A DNA stretch of 64,000 nt, taken from positions 2,754 to 66,753 of the forward strand of contig CALMVT010000347.1 in the NCBI GenBank assembly GCA_937873175.1. The letters run 5' to 3'. The DNA is from an uncultured Acetobacteraceae bacterium. GTDB taxonomy: Bacteria; Pseudomonadota; Alphaproteobacteria; Acetobacterales; Acetobacteraceae. Positions 20,902 to 31,615 of this stretch are shown here, one piece after another. Position 1 is the first letter of the stretch. Every line of letters starts with the position of its first letter. The translations under genes were made by a program, and so were the position numbers. The notes beneath the pieces are model-generated. The model did not search any database. It was not told the origin of the DNA and saw only the letters and a program-made list of their open reading frames with translations.

Positions 20902-22413
20902 TTAGCCGTAATTTACCATGATCGTCTTTTTGTGAGTGAAATGTTCGAGCATCGACTCAAGGCTGGCTTCCTTGCCCAAGCCGCTGCTTTTCACGCCGCC
21001 ATAGGACAGGTTGGCCTGCACCACCAGGTTCTGGTTGATCTGCACCAGCCCGGCCTCCAGCCGATGCGCCAGATCGAGGCCCAGGCGCAGGTTGTTGGTC
21101 CACAAGGACGCGGCGAGGCCGTACTCCGTGCCGTTGGCCGCCGCCAGGGCCTTTTCCGCGTCGTCGAACGGGAACACGCAGGTGACGGGTCCGAAGATTT
21201 CCTCCTGCACCAGCCGGCTGTCGCTTGGCAGGTCGGAGAAGATGTGGGGCCGGATGAACAGGCCCTTCTCCATGGCAGGGTCGGACGGCATGGCGCTGCA
21301 CGCGCGGCCGGTGGCGCCGGGCGTGGCCAGGCCCTCCTTGATGAAGCCCTCCACCTTCTTGAACTGGTCCGGGCTGATGATGGTGCCGATGTCGGTCGCC
21401 TCGTCCAGCGGGTCGCCCATCCGCATGGCGTCCACCTTGGCCGCCAGCGCGTCCACGAACCGCTGAAAGATCGGGCGTTCCACGTAGATGCGGCTCGCCG
21501 CGGTGCAGCTTTGGCCCTGCCGGGTGAAGCGCATGGAGGTGATGGCGCCCGTCACCGTTTTCTCGAAGTCGCAATCGGCGAACACGATCATGGGACTCTT
21601 GCCGCCCAGCTCCAGCGTGACCGGCACGAGCTTCTCGGCCGCAGCCTTGGACACGATGCGCCCGACCTCGACGCTGCCGGTGAACGTCACCTTGCGCACC
21701 AGCGGATGCGCCACCAGCGGCCCGCCGCACTCCGGCCCAAAGCCGGACAGCATGTTGAAGCAGCCCGGCGGCAGCACGCGGTTCATCAACTCGCAGATGC
21801 GCAGCACCGCGAGCGGCGCCTCCTCCGCCGACTTCACCACCACCGTGTTGCCCGCGACCAGGGCCGGCGCCACCTTCAGCGCCATCAGCAGCATCGGCAC
21901 GTTCCACGGGATGATCGCGCTGACCACGCCCAGCGGCTCGCGCACTGTGACGGACAGCACGTCAGGGGCGAAAGGCACCGTTTCCCCCTTCAGCTCGCCG
22001 CCGAGGCCGCCGTAGAACTCGAAGATGTCGGCGACGGTCTGCGCTTCCACCCGGCTTTCCGTGCGCAGCGCCTTGCCGGTTTCCAGCGCGATCAGCCGGG
22101 CGAGTTCCTCCGCGTGGTCCCGCAGCAGGGCCGCGCAGCGCGCCACGGTTGCGCCGCGCTTGCGGGCCGGGACCTTGGCCCACGCCTTTTGCGCGACCTC
22201 CGCGTCCTGCACCGCGGCTTCCACGTCGGAGGCGTCGCCCTCCGCGGCGTGCGCGACCTCAAGCCCGGTGGCCGGGTTCACGACGGCGAAGCTCTTGCCC
22301 GAACGCGCCGGCACGAAGCGCCCGCCGATGAAGTGCTTGCCCGACAGCGCGGTCGCCAGCGCCTGCTGATCCAGCGTGGGAGCGTCCGGGGTGGGATGGG
22401 GTCGGTCGAGCAT
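20902..22413 (-). CDS. NAD(P)-dependent aldehyde dehydrogenase family protein
   Basis: 503 aa with ELGGKSP and the catalytic-Cys region RQGQSCTAASR. Confidence 0.92.
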   Translation of the reverse strand: MLDRPHPTPDAPTLDQQALATALSGKHFIGGRFVPARSGKSFAVVNPATGLEVAHAAEGDASDVEAAVQDAEVAQKAWAKVPARKRGATVARCAALLRDHAEELARLIALETGKALRTESRVEAQTVADIFEFYGGLGGELKGETVPFAPDVLSVTVREPLGVVSAIIPWNVPMLLMALKVAPALVAGNTVVVKSAEEAPLAVLRICELMNRVLPPGCFNMLSGFGPECGGPLVAHPLVRKVTFTGSVEVGRIVSKAAAEKLVPVTLELGGKSPMIVFADCDFEKTVTGAITSMRFTRQGQSCTAASRIYVERPIFQRFVDALAAKVDAMRMGDPLDEATDIGTIISPDQFKKVEGFIKEGLATPGATGRACSAMPSDPAMEKGLFIRPHIFSDLPSDSRLVQEEIFGPVTCVFPFDDAEKALAAANGTEYGLAASLWTNNLRLGLDLAHRLEAGLVQINQNLVVQANLSYGGVKSSGLGKEASLESMLEHFTHKKTIMVNYG

Positions 22414-22505
22414 CGGGTTTGCCTCGGGATGCGGGGTGCATATAACGCTTTGCCGAGAATGGACCCACCCATGGGCCTGAACAAGGGCGCGGAGACCGAT
22501 CCAGC

Positions 22506-23717
22506 ATGACCCCTCAACCCTCCGGCCCGCTCGCGGGCCTCACCGTGTTCGACCTGTCCCGCGTCCTGGCCGGGCCGACCTGCGTGCAGATGCTGGCGGA
22601 TCTCGGCGCGGACGTGATCAAAATCGAGAAGCCCGGGTCCGGTGACGACACGCGCGGCTTCGCGCCGCCGTTCATGCCGGGTACCGGGGAAAGCGCCTAC
22701 TTCGTGGGCGTGAACCGCAACAAGCGCTCGGTCACCCTCGACATCGCCAAGCCCGAGGGCCAGGCCATCGCGCTGGAGCTGATCGCGCAAAGCGACATCC
22801 TGGTGGAGAACTTCAAGGTCGGCGCGCTGGCCAAGTACGGCTTGGGCTACGAGCAGTTGCACGAACGGTTCCCGGGCCTGGTGTATTGCTCCATCACCGG
22901 CTTCGGGCAGACCGGGCCGTATGCGCCGCGGCCGGGCTACGACAGTTTAATCCAGGCGATGGGCGGCATCATGAGCCTGACGGGCGAGCCGGACGGCTTG
23001 CCGCAAAAGGTGGGCGTGCCGGTCGCGGACCTGTTCGCCGGGCTATACGGCTGCATCGGCGTGCTGGCGGCGCTGCGCCACCGGGAAGCGACGGGGCAGG
23101 GGCAGCAGGTGGACATCGGCATGCTGGACACGCACGTGGCATGGCTGGCGAACCAGGGCATGAACTACCTGGCCACCGGAGAGAACCCGGCGCGGCTCGG
23201 CAACCAGCACCCAAACATCGTGCCCTACCAGGTGTTCCCGACTGCTGACGGTTATCTTGTTTTATCAATTGGCAACGACCCGACGTTCAAGCGCTTCTGC
23301 GACAACTACGGCTTGTCGCACCTGCTGGACGACCCGCGCTTCGCCACCAACGCCGCCCGGGTCGGCGACCGCGCACTGGTCACGGAAACGCTGAGCCCTG
23401 TGCTGCGCCAATACTCAACGGCCCGCTGGGTCGAGGAGCTTGAAGCGCTGAAGATCGGCTGCGGCCCGATCAACACGCTGAAAGAAGTGTTCGCCGACCC
23501 GCAGGTGCAGGCGCGCGGCGCCGTGTTGACCATGCCGCATTCGTCCAACCCGGATGGCGTGAGGGTAATCGCCAACCCCGTGCGCTTGTCGGAAACTCCG
23601 GTCGACTACCGCATGGCCGCGCCGACATTGGGCCAGCATACCGAGGAGGTGCTGAGCGCCCGCCTGAAGCTGGCGCCGGAGCGGTTGGCGGAGTTGCGTG
23701 CAAAAGGCGTGATATAA
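22506..23717 (+). CDS. family III (CaiB/BaiF) CoA-transferase
   Basis: 403 aa with [18 protein letters not shown] and [12 protein letters not shown]. Confidence 0.9.
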   Translation: MTPQPSGPLAGLTVFDLSRVLAGPTCVQMLADLGADVIKIEKPGSGDDTRGFAPPFMPGTGESAYFVGVNRNKRSVTLDIAKPEGQAIALELIAQSDILVENFKVGALAKYGLGYEQLHERFPGLVYCSITGFGQTGPYAPRPGYDSLIQAMGGIMSLTGEPDGLPQKVGVPVADLFAGLYGCIGVLAALRHREATGQGQQVDIGMLDTHVAWLANQGMNYLATGENPARLGNQHPNIVPYQVFPTADGYLVLSIGNDPTFKRFCDNYGLSHLLDDPRFATNAARVGDRALVTETLSPVLRQYSTARWVEELEALKIGCGPINTLKEVFADPQVQARGAVLTMPHSSNPDGVRVIANPVRLSETPVDYRMAAPTLGQHTEEVLSARLKLAPERLAELRAKGVI

Positions 23718-23778
23718 CCGGCGGCAGCCCCTAGATGAAGGGAAAGCCGCTGCGGACCCCGGACCCCACAGGATCTCC

Positions 23779-25104
23779 ATGAACGAGCAAACCCCGCCCT
23801 CCAGCCTTACCCGCTTCTTCTCGGCCAGCCTCGCTGAGACCGACCCGGAGCTTGCCGCGGCGATCGGCGCCGAGCTGGTGCGCCAGCAGGACGGCATCGA
23901 GCTGATCGCCAGCGAGAACATCGCCTCCGCCGCCGTGCTGGAAGCGCAGGGGTCGGTGCTGACCAACAAATACGCCGAGGGCTACCCCGGCCGCCGCTAC
24001 TACGGCGGCTGCTTCGAGGTGGACCGTGCGGAAACCCTGGCCATCGACCGCGCCCGCGCGCTGTTCGGCTGCTCTTATGCCAACGTACAGCCGCATTCCG
24101 GGGCGCAGGCCAACCAGGCGGTGTTCCTCGCCTTGCTGCAGCCCGGTGACACCATCCTGGGCATGAGCCTCGCCGCCGGTGGGCACCTCACCCATGGCGC
24201 CGCGCCCAACCTGTCGGGCAAGTGGTTCCGCGCCGTCCAGTACGGCGTGCGGCAAGAGGACGGCCTGCTCGATTACGAGGAATTGGAACGCCTGGCCCGG
24301 GCGGAGAAGCCGCGCATGATCATCGCCGGCGGTTCGGCCTACCCGCGCGCCATCGACTTCGCCCGTATCCGCAAGGTGGCGGACGAGGTCGGCGCGTGGT
24401 TCCTGGTGGACATGGCGCATTATGCCGGGCTGGTGGCGGCGGGCGCGTATCCCACGCCGCTGCCGCATGCCCACGTGGTGACGACGACCACGCACAAGAC
24501 GCTGCGCGGCCCGCGCGGCGGCATGATCCTGTCGAACGACCTGGACCTCGGCAAGAAGTTCAACTCGGCGGTGTTCCCAGGCTTGCAGGGCGGCCCGCTG
24601 ATGCACGTGATCGCGGGCAAGGCGGTGGCGTTCGGCGAGGCGCTGCGCCCGGAGTTCCGCGCCTACCAACGCGCCGTGGTGGACAACGCCCGCATGCTGG
24701 CGGAAACGCTGATGGAGCAGGGCTGCGACATCGTGACCGGCGGCACGGACAGCCACCTGATGCTGGTGGACCTGCGCCCCAAGGGCGTGACCGGCAAGGC
24801 GGCGGAAGCGAGCCTGGAACGCGCCCGCATCACCGCCAACAAGAACGCCATCCCGTTCGACCCGACCAAGCCCGCCGTCACCTCTGGCATCCGCCTCGGC
24901 ACCCCCGCCGCCACCACCCGCGGCTTCGGTCCGGCGGAGTTCCGGGAAGTCGGCCTGATGATCAATGAGGTTTTGGACGGCTTGTCGCGCTCAAACGACG
25001 GCAGCAACGATCTGGCGGAGCAGGCCGTGGCGGCGCGGGTGCAGGCTATGTGCGCGCGCTTCCCGATCTACCCGCGCCTGCTGGCGGGCCACGCCGGACC
25101 CTAA
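23779..25104 (+). CDS. glyA: serine hydroxymethyltransferase
   Basis: 441 aa with the PLP-Lys motif [16 protein letters not shown]. Confidence 0.97.
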   Translation: MNEQTPPSSLTRFFSASLAETDPELAAAIGAELVRQQDGIELIASENIASAAVLEAQGSVLTNKYAEGYPGRRYYGGCFEVDRAETLAIDRARALFGCSYANVQPHSGAQANQAVFLALLQPGDTILGMSLAAGGHLTHGAAPNLSGKWFRAVQYGVRQEDGLLDYEELERLARAEKPRMIIAGGSAYPRAIDFARIRKVADEVGAWFLVDMAHYAGLVAAGAYPTPLPHAHVVTTTTHKTLRGPRGGMILSNDLDLGKKFNSAVFPGLQGGPLMHVIAGKAVAFGEALRPEFRAYQRAVVDNARMLAETLMEQGCDIVTGGTDSHLMLVDLRPKGVTGKAAEASLERARITANKNAIPFDPTKPAVTSGIRLGTPAATTRGFGPAEFREVGLMINEVLDGLSRSNDGSNDLAEQAVAARVQAMCARFPIYPRLLAGHAGP

Positions 25105-25109
25105 CCGCC

Positions 25110-25565
25110 ATGCGCTGCCCGTTCTGTGGCAACGACGACACGCAGGTGAAGGACAGCCGGCCCACGGATGACGGGTCGGCGATCCGCCGCCGGCGGTTCT
25201 GCGGCGGCTGCGGGCAGCGGTTCACCACCATTGAGCGCGTGCAGTTGCGTGAGCTGACGGTGCTGAAAGCGGATGGCCGCCGGGTGCCGTTCGACCGGGA
25301 AAAGCTCGCCCGCTCCATCCGCATCGCGCTGCGCAAGCGCCCGGTTCAGGAGGAGCGGCTGGAGCGCATCGTCAACGGCATCGTGCGTCAGTTGGAAGCG
25401 ACGGGCGAGAACGACATTCCGAGCAAGCAGTTGGGCGAGCTGGTGATGGAAACGCTGAAGGAGGTGGACGCGGTCGCCTATGTCCGCTTCGCCAGCGTGT
25501 ATCGCGACTTCCGCGAAGCAAAGGACTTCGAGGCCTTCCTGGGGTCGCTTGAGGAGCCTACATAG
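25110..25565 (+). CDS. nrdR: transcriptional repressor NrdR
   Basis: N-terminus [17 protein letters not shown]...[14 protein letters not shown] (zinc ribbon) followed by an ATP-cone domain. Confidence 0.95.
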   Translation: MRCPFCGNDDTQVKDSRPTDDGSAIRRRRFCGGCGQRFTTIERVQLRELTVLKADGRRVPFDREKLARSIRIALRKRPVQEERLERIVNGIVRQLEATGENDIPSKQLGELVMETLKEVDAVAYVRFASVYRDFREAKDFEAFLGSLEEPT

Positions 25566-25574
25566 CGCGGATGG

Positions 25575-26714
25575 ATGGGCGACGTGGGCATAACTGACGG
25601 AAACGCGGCGGCCGGAAATGCCGCAGATCGGGAGCACATGCGTGCCGCCCTGGCGCTTGCCCGGCGCGGCCTCGGCAACACCTGGCCCAACCCGGCGGTC
25701 GGGTGCGTCTTGGTGCGGAGCGGCCGGGTGGTCGGGCGCGGCTGGACCGCGCCGGACGGGCGGCCGCATGCGGAAACCGTGGCGCTGGCGCAGGCCGGCG
25801 ACTTGGCGCGTGGGGCCACCGCCTATGTGACATTGGAACCATGCAGCCATCATGGGCGCACCCCGCCCTGCGCCGATGCCCTGGTTGCGGCCGGGGTGGC
25901 GCGGGTCGTCGTGGCGTGCGGCGACCCAGACCCGCGGGTGGATGGCCGCGGAGTGGCGGCGCTGCGGGCAGCGGGGATCGAGGTGGTTGTCGGATTGATG
26001 GCGGAGAAGGCGGAAGCGTTGCAGGCCGGGTTCCTGGCGCGGGTCCGCCTGGGCCGGCCCACCGTGACTCTTAAGCTGGCCAGCACGCTTGACGGCCGCA
26101 TTGCGACGCGCACCGGGGAAAGCCAGTGGATCACCGGCCCCGAAGCCCGGCGCGCGGCGCATGCGCTGCGCGGGCAGCACGATGCGGTGCTGGCCGGTAT
26201 CGGCACCGTGCTGGCGGATGACCCGGAGCTGACCTGCCGCATCCCCGGGTATCGGAAAACTCCAGACCTGCGGGTCGTGGTGGACAGCCGGCTGCGCACC
26301 CCGGCCACCGCCCGCTTGGTGGCGACCGCGGCCACCGTGCCGACCTGGTTCCTGCACCGCGCCGACGCCGATGCGGGCCGGGCGCAGGCGCTGCGGAAGG
26401 CTGGCGCGCGGCTGATCGAGGTTTCGGGCGCCGAGAATGGCGTGGACCTTGCGGCTGGGATGCAGGCCTTGGGCGCCGCCGGGCTGACCCGGGTGCTGGT
26501 GGAGGGCGGGGCGCAGATCGCGGGCGGGCTGTTGCGCGCCGGGCTGGTGGACCGCATCGCCTGGTTTCACGCGCCCGGCGTGATGGGCGGCGACGGCTGG
26601 CCGGCGGCGCAGGCGTTTGGCACGGCGGCGCTGCGCGAGATGCCGCGATTCCGGCGCGTGGACTCGCGGCTGGTGGGGGACGACATGCTCACAGAATTCA
26701 GCAGGGCCGCCTGA
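25575..26714 (+). CDS. ribD: bifunctional riboflavin-biosynthesis deaminase/reductase
   Basis: CMP/dCMP deaminase zinc motif HAE...LEPCSHHGRTPPC plus a C-terminal reductase domain. Confidence 0.95.
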   Translation: MGDVGITDGNAAAGNAADREHMRAALALARRGLGNTWPNPAVGCVLVRSGRVVGRGWTAPDGRPHAETVALAQAGDLARGATAYVTLEPCSHHGRTPPCADALVAAGVARVVVACGDPDPRVDGRGVAALRAAGIEVVVGLMAEKAEALQAGFLARVRLGRPTVTLKLASTLDGRIATRTGESQWITGPEARRAAHALRGQHDAVLAGIGTVLADDPELTCRIPGYRKTPDLRVVVDSRLRTPATARLVATAATVPTWFLHRADADAGRAQALRKAGARLIEVSGAENGVDLAAGMQALGAAGLTRVLVEGGAQIAGGLLRAGLVDRIAWFHAPGVMGGDGWPAAQAFGTAALREMPRFRRVDSRLVGDDMLTEFSRAA

Positions 26715-27313
26715 TGTTCACCGGGATCGTGACCGGCATGGGCGAGGTCCGCACCCTACGCCCCCTCGGCGGCGGCCAGGACATGCGCCTGGTGATCGGC
26801 GCGCCGTGGCCCGACACCGGCTCGGTCGCCGTGGGGGCGTCCATCGCCTGCGGCGGCTGCTGCCTGACGGCCGTGGAGGTCGGGCCGGACTGGTTCGCGG
26901 TGGAGGTTTCGGGCGAAACGCTGTCCAAAACCAAGCTGGGCGGTTGGACCGTCGGCAGCCGCATAAACCTGGAACGCTCGCTGCGTGTGGGCGACGAGCT
27001 GGGCGGCCACATCGTGTCTGGCCACGTGGACGGGTTGGGCCAAGTGCGGTCGGTGCTGCCGGAAAACGGCTCCTGGCGCGTGCAGGTTGAGGCCCCGCGC
27101 GAGCTGTCCCGCTTCATCGCCACCAAGGGCAGCGTGTCGCTCGATGGCGTGTCGCTGACGGTGAACGAGGTTGCGGACAGCCTGTTCGGCGTCAACATCA
27201 TCCCGCACACCTGGGACGTGACCACGCTGGGGCAGCTCAAGCCCGGCGACGTTGTGCACATCGAGATTGACATGCTGGCGCGCTACGTCGCCCGCTTGGC
27301 GGAGGTTCCATGA
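26714..27313 (+). CDS. ribE: riboflavin synthase
   Basis: N-terminus MFTGIV and a duplicated lumazine-binding repeat (GGHIVSGHVDG). Confidence 0.95.
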   Translation: MFTGIVTGMGEVRTLRPLGGGQDMRLVIGAPWPDTGSVAVGASIACGGCCLTAVEVGPDWFAVEVSGETLSKTKLGGWTVGSRINLERSLRVGDELGGHIVSGHVDGLGQVRSVLPENGSWRVQVEAPRELSRFIATKGSVSLDGVSLTVNEVADSLFGVNIIPHTWDVTTLGQLKPGDVVHIEIDMLARYVARLAEVP

Positions 27314-28425
27314 AGTCGTCCACCCTGTCCGACTACCTGTGCAGCGCCGCCGAGCTGATCGAGGAAGCGCGGGCCGGGCGCATGTTCGTCCTGGTGGACG
27401 ACGAGGACCGGGAAAACGAGGGCGACCTGGTGATCCCCGCCCAGTTCGCGACGCCCGACGCCATCAACTTCATGGCCCGGCATGCCCGCGGGCTGATCTG
27501 CCTGGCGCTCACCCGCTCCCGGGTGGAGCAGCTCGGCCTGCCGCTGATGAGCCAGTCGAACAGCACCCGGCACCACACGGCGTTCACAGTATCCATCGAG
27601 GCGCGGGACGGGGTGACGACCGGGATCTCGGCGGCCGACCGGGCGCTGACCATCGGCGTGGCCATCAACCCGGAAGCGGGGCCTGACCGCATCGTGACGC
27701 CGGGCCACGTGTTTCCGCTGATGGCGCGGGAGGGCGGCACACTGGTGCGCGCCGGGCACACGGAGGCGGCGGTGGACATTTCGCGCCTGGCCGGCCTCAC
27801 ACCCGCCGGCGTGATTTGCGAGATCATGAATGACGACGGCACGATGGCCCGCCTGCCGGACCTCATCGCCTTTGCCCAGCACCATAACCTGAAGCTTGGC
27901 ACCATTGCCGACCTGATTGGACACCGCCGCCGCACGGAGCGCCTGGTGCGCCGGGTTCAGCAGGGCACGATCGAGCACGCCGAGGGCGGGGAGTGGAAGC
28001 TGAGCGTATACGCCAACACGCTTGATTATGCGGAACATCTGGTGCTGACCAAGGGCGACCTTGATGGGCCGCAGCCGGCGATGGTGCGGGTGCACGCGGT
28101 GGACCTGGTGAGCGACATGCTATGCGGGCCGCACTTGTCGGCGCTGCATGCGTCGATGCACATGATCGCGGCGGCGGGCCGAGGCGCCGTGGTGCTGATC
28201 CGCGACACGCGGCCGACCGCGCTTTCCGAGCGGGTGGGCGCGATGACGGCCGCCCGGCCCGCGCCCGTGCTGCGGGATTACGGCATCGGGGCGCAGATCC
28301 TGATCGACCTGGGCGTGCGGGACATGATCCTGCTGTCCAACACCCGGCGCACTCTGGTGGGGCTTGAAGGCTACGGATTGAACATCGTCGAGCAACGGCC
28401 GATTGCCGGCGCTGCAGCGGAATAA
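27310..28425 (+). CDS. ribBA: 3,4-dihydroxy-2-butanone-4-phosphate synthase fused to a GTP cyclohydrolase II-like domain
   Basis: Motifs DDEDRENEGDLV and RAGHTEAAVD. Start and stop overlap the neighbouring genes. Confidence 0.92.
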   Translation: MKSSTLSDYLCSAAELIEEARAGRMFVLVDDEDRENEGDLVIPAQFATPDAINFMARHARGLICLALTRSRVEQLGLPLMSQSNSTRHHTAFTVSIEARDGVTTGISAADRALTIGVAINPEAGPDRIVTPGHVFPLMAREGGTLVRAGHTEAAVDISRLAGLTPAGVICEIMNDDGTMARLPDLIAFAQHHNLKLGTIADLIGHRRRTERLVRRVQQGTIEHAEGGEWKLSVYANTLDYAEHLVLTKGDLDGPQPAMVRVHAVDLVSDMLCGPHLSALHASMHMIAAAGRGAVVLIRDTRPTALSERVGAMTAARPAPVLRDYGIGAQILIDLGVRDMILLSNTRRTLVGLEGYGLNIVEQRPIAGAAAE

Positions 28426-28437
28426 AGGACTGTTTCC

Positions 28438-28920
28438 ATGAGCACCATCGACGCGCCCCTGCCCGCGGCCCCGGCCGTGCCCGGCGCGCCGCCCCGCCTG
28501 CTGATGGTGCGCGCGCCTTATTACCGGGAGGTCGTCGATGGCATGACCCGCGGTGCCGAGCGCATCCTGGCGGAAGCCGGGGCCACGCATGACATCCTGG
28601 ACGTGGCCGGCGCGTTTGAGTTGGCCCAGGCGATCCGCCTGGCGCTGCGGGGCGCACGGCGCTTCGACGGCTTCATCGCGCTGGGCTGCATCGTCCGAGG
28701 GGAAACCGACCATTACGACCATATCTGCCGCGAAAGCATGTCCGGCCTGATGCAGGTCGCGCTGCAATACGGCCTGGCGATGGGTACCGGGCTGCTCACC
28801 GTGCACGACATCGGCCAGGCTGTCGCCCGGTCCGGCGTGGACGGCCACAACAAGGGCGCGGAAGCCGCGTCGGCGGCGCTGCGGCAGATCGCCGTTTCGC
28901 GCCAGTTGGGAGCCGCCTGA
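28438..28920 (+). CDS. ribH: 6,7-dimethyl-8-ribityllumazine synthase
   Basis: 160 aa with VAGAFELA and LGCIVRGETDHYD. Confidence 0.93.
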   Translation: MSTIDAPLPAAPAVPGAPPRLLMVRAPYYREVVDGMTRGAERILAEAGATHDILDVAGAFELAQAIRLALRGARRFDGFIALGCIVRGETDHYDHICRESMSGLMQVALQYGLAMGTGLLTVHDIGQAVARSGVDGHNKGAEAASAALRQIAVSRQLGAA

Positions 28921-29441
28921 TGCCCCGCCCCGCCCGCCCGCCCAGCCGTCCCCGCACCGCGTCCCGCGTCGCCGCGGTGCAGGCGCTATTCCAAAGCGAG
29001 CAGGGCGGGGAAACGGCCGAAACGGTGATCGAGCAGTTCGTGCGCCACCGTTTGGGCGAGATGCCGGGTCCGGAGCATTTGGGCGGCGGCGGCTTCGAGG
29101 AGGGCCGGGTGCCCGACGCGCACGTGCCGTTGTTCCAGCAGATTGTCCGCTCCGCGGTGCTGCAGCAGGACCGGCTGGACGCCCTAATCGCCGATGCCCT
29201 GCCGCCGGAGTGGCCCATGGTGCGGCTCGACCCGGTGCTCCGTGCCCTGTTGCGCGCCGGGGGCGCGGAGTTGTCGATGGCCAACGGACCGCCTGCCCGG
29301 GTCGTGATCAACGAGTACTTGGACGTGGCGCACGGCTTCTTCACCGGGGAGGAGCCGCGCATGGTCAATGGGATGCTCGACCGGCTGGCGCGCGAGCTGC
29401 GGCCCGGCGATTTCCCGGCGGAGCCGGCCTCGACCCATTGA
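28920..29441 (+). CDS. nusB: transcription antitermination factor NusB
   Basis: 173 aa with SRVAAVQALFQ and the conserved ribH-nusB-thiL order. Confidence 0.9.
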   Translation: MPRPARPPSRPRTASRVAAVQALFQSEQGGETAETVIEQFVRHRLGEMPGPEHLGGGGFEEGRVPDAHVPLFQQIVRSAVLQQDRLDALIADALPPEWPMVRLDPVLRALLRAGGAELSMANGPPARVVINEYLDVAHGFFTGEEPRMVNGMLDRLARELRPGDFPAEPASTH

Positions 29442-30403
29442 TGACGCGCCCCTCGCCCGGCCTGCCGGCCGAGTTCGGGCTGATCGCCCGGCACTTCCGG
29501 CCGCTGGCCGGCCCGGGGGCACTTGACCTGCTGGACGATGCGGCCCTGCTGCAGCCGCCGCCGGGGCGCGAGCTGGTGTTCACCGCCGACGTCATGGTGG
29601 CCGGGGTGCACTTCCTCCCCAACGACCCGGCGGACACCGTGGGCGCCAAGCTGCTGCGGGTGAACCTGTCCGACCTGGCCGCCATGGGGGCGGCGCCCCT
29701 GGCCTACCTGATGACCGTCTCGGCACCGCGGGACACGGGCGATGCCTGGTTCGCGGCCTTCGCGGCCGGGCTGGCGCGCGACCAGGCGTGGTTCGGCGTC
29801 ACGCTGCTGGGCGGGGACACCACGGCGACGCCCGGGCCGATGACGCTGTCCTTGACCGCCATCGGCCATGTGGCTCCCGGCGCCGCGCTGCGCCGCCGCG
29901 GCGCCGCCGCGGGCGATGAGGTCTGGGTGACGGGCACGGTCGGCGACGGGGCGCTCGGCCTGCTGGCGCTGCGTGGCCAGGTTTCGGACCCGGATGGCTG
30001 GCTGGCGGGCCGCTACCGCCTGCCGCAGCCGCGGCTCGGCCTGGCGCTGCATGGAATCGTGTCGGCCTGCATGGACGTGTCGGACGGCCTGGTACAGGAC
30101 CTGGGCCACCTGTGCCGCGCGGCCGGGCTTGGCGCGGTGATCGAGGCCGCGCGTGTGCCGCGCTCACCGGCGGCGCGGGCGGCGGGAGAGGCTTGGCTGA
30201 AAACCTGCCTGACCGGCGGCGACGATTACGAGCTGCTGATGGCGGTGCCGCCGCAGCACGCCGATGCCCTCCTGGCCATGGCGGCGGCCCAAGGATGCGG
30301 GGCAACCCGGATCGGGCGGTTCGAGGCCGGTGAGGAGGTGCGGGTCCTGGACGGAGCCGGTGCTGTGGTCAACCTAAATCGCCAGGGCTGGAGCCACTTC
30401 TAA
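29441..30403 (+). CDS. thiL: thiamine-monophosphate kinase
   Basis: N-terminal motif EFGLIARHF, then DDAALL and AIR-synthase-like domains. The ATG at 29441 overlaps the nusB stop. Confidence 0.9.
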   Translation: MTRPSPGLPAEFGLIARHFRPLAGPGALDLLDDAALLQPPPGRELVFTADVMVAGVHFLPNDPADTVGAKLLRVNLSDLAAMGAAPLAYLMTVSAPRDTGDAWFAAFAAGLARDQAWFGVTLLGGDTTATPGPMTLSLTAIGHVAPGAALRRRGAAAGDEVWVTGTVGDGALGLLALRGQVSDPDGWLAGRYRLPQPRLGLALHGIVSACMDVSDGLVQDLGHLCRAAGLGAVIEAARVPRSPAARAAGEAWLKTCLTGGDDYELLMAVPPQHADALLAMAAAQGCGATRIGRFEAGEEVRVLDGAGAVVNLNRQGWSHF

Positions 30404-30406
30404 ACG

Positions 30407-30898
30407 CTACAGCCCCGGCCCGGTGACGGCGCCGCTGCCGCCCGGCGCGGTCCTGGCGCTGCCCGGCACGCCGCCCGTGCTGAACTTGCCCACGTTGCCC
30501 AGCAACTGCTGCAGAAATGACGCCTCGCTGCCCGGCGAGGGCGTGGCGCGGCTCACGACCGCCACGTTCATGCTGTCGTCCTGGTTCAGACGCTTCACGT
30601 CGCGGAGCACGCCGGCCTGGTCGAACGTCAGCACGGTCACGTCCTGCGCGGTGATGCCCGGCAGACGGCCGACCCGGGTGCGCGTGGTCTCGCTGATGTA
30701 GATCCAGGTGTTGTCGTCGAAAGTGCCCTTCGCGGTGGGCGAGCCGAGCAGGGAGGTGGCGTCGGCCCGGCTCGACGTGCCCGGCACCAACTCCTTGATG
30801 ACATCGGCATCGACGCGGTTGCCGCGCAATTGATGCGGCGCGTCGATGGCGCTGCAAGCGGACAAGCCCAACAGGAACATGGCGGGAAGCAGGCGCAA
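30407..30898 (-). CDS. bamE: outer-membrane assembly lipoprotein BamE (SmpA/OmlA)
   Basis: Lipobox LLGLSAC, then GNRVDADVIKELVPGTSSRADATSLLGSPT...WIY. A TTG start at 30898 gives the signal peptide MRLLPAMFLLGLSAC. Upstream ATGs at 30967 and 31009 are possible. Confidence 0.8.
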   Translation of the reverse strand: MRLLPAMFLLGLSACSAIDAPHQLRGNRVDADVIKELVPGTSSRADATSLLGSPTAKGTFDDNTWIYISETTRTRVGRLPGITAQDVTVLTFDQAGVLRDVKRLNQDDSMNVAVVSRATPSPGSEASFLQQLLGNVGKFSTGGVPGSARTAPGGSGAVTGPGL

Positions 30899-31069
30899 TC
30901 GCGGGTCCAGTTTGATCCAGGGACGGAGCCGAAGACGGTTCCAGGGCCTGCGTCGCCCGGCCCGCATTGATCGGCCCAGCAGAAAACCTATCTGGACGGT
31001 GGGTGTCATGCCCGCCTGGTTGTGTCAACCGGGCGGCGCCGGACCGGACACACGGCGAATGAGGATCGG

Positions 31070-31615
31070 ATGGCACTCTTGGGTCTGCTTGGGCGTAAGC
31101 GGCATGAGCGGGCCGGGTTCGAGCTTTACACCGCCGCTGTCGGGGCCGCCCGCGATCCCTACGTTTTCGAAACGCTTAGCGTCCCGGACACGCTGGATGG
31201 GCGGTTCGACATCATCGGGCTTTACGTGTTCCTCGTGGTGCACCGGCTGCATGCCGCCTCGAAGGAGGGGCAGGAACTGGCGCAGGCCGTGTTCGACGCG
31301 ATGTTCTCCGATATGGACATCAACCTGCGGGAAATCGGCGTGGGCGACATGACGGTCGGCAAGCGGGTGCGCGCGATGTGGGAAGCGTTCAACGGCCGCT
31401 CCGCCGCCTACGCCGCGGCGCTCGACAGCGGCGACGTGATGGGGCTGGCGGGCGCGATTGCCCGCAACGTTTGGCGCGGCCAGGCGCCCCCGCCGGAGGC
31501 CGCGCACGCTTTGGCAGCCCTGGTGTTGGAGCAGTCCAAGCACCTGGCGAACCAGCCGGTCGAGGCGCTGCTGGCGGGCCGTGTCAGCTTCCGGCCGGCG
31601 CAGGCCACGGAGTGA
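31070..31615 (+). CDS. ubiquinol-cytochrome c chaperone (Cbp3-like) family protein
   Basis: Sequence YTAAVGAARDPYVFETLSVPDTLDGRFDIIGLYVFLVVHRL, with GAGGA 4 nt before ATG 31070. Confidence 0.8.
   Translation: MALLGLLGRKRHERAGFELYTAAVGAARDPYVFETLSVPDTLDGRFDIIGLYVFLVVHRLHAASKEGQELAQAVFDAMFSDMDINLREIGVGDMTVGKRVRAMWEAFNGRSAAYAAALDSGDVMGLAGAIARNVWRGQAPPPEAAHALAALVLEQSKHLANQPVEALLAGRVSFRPAQATE

Noticed and set aside
20383-22509. A 708-aa plus-strand ORF opposite the PDZ-protein and aldehyde dehydrogenase genes.
   Set aside because: Same reasoning as above: the antisense frame stays open because stop codons are rare. It has low-complexity Arg/Gly/His composition, and the opposite strand encodes well-recognised proteins.
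25566-28437. Looked for an FMN riboswitch in the rib operon, and for TPP riboswitches near thiD and thiL.
   Set aside because: The gaps are only 9-12 nt or the genes overlap, so there is no room for an aptamer. The cluster follows nrdR directly.
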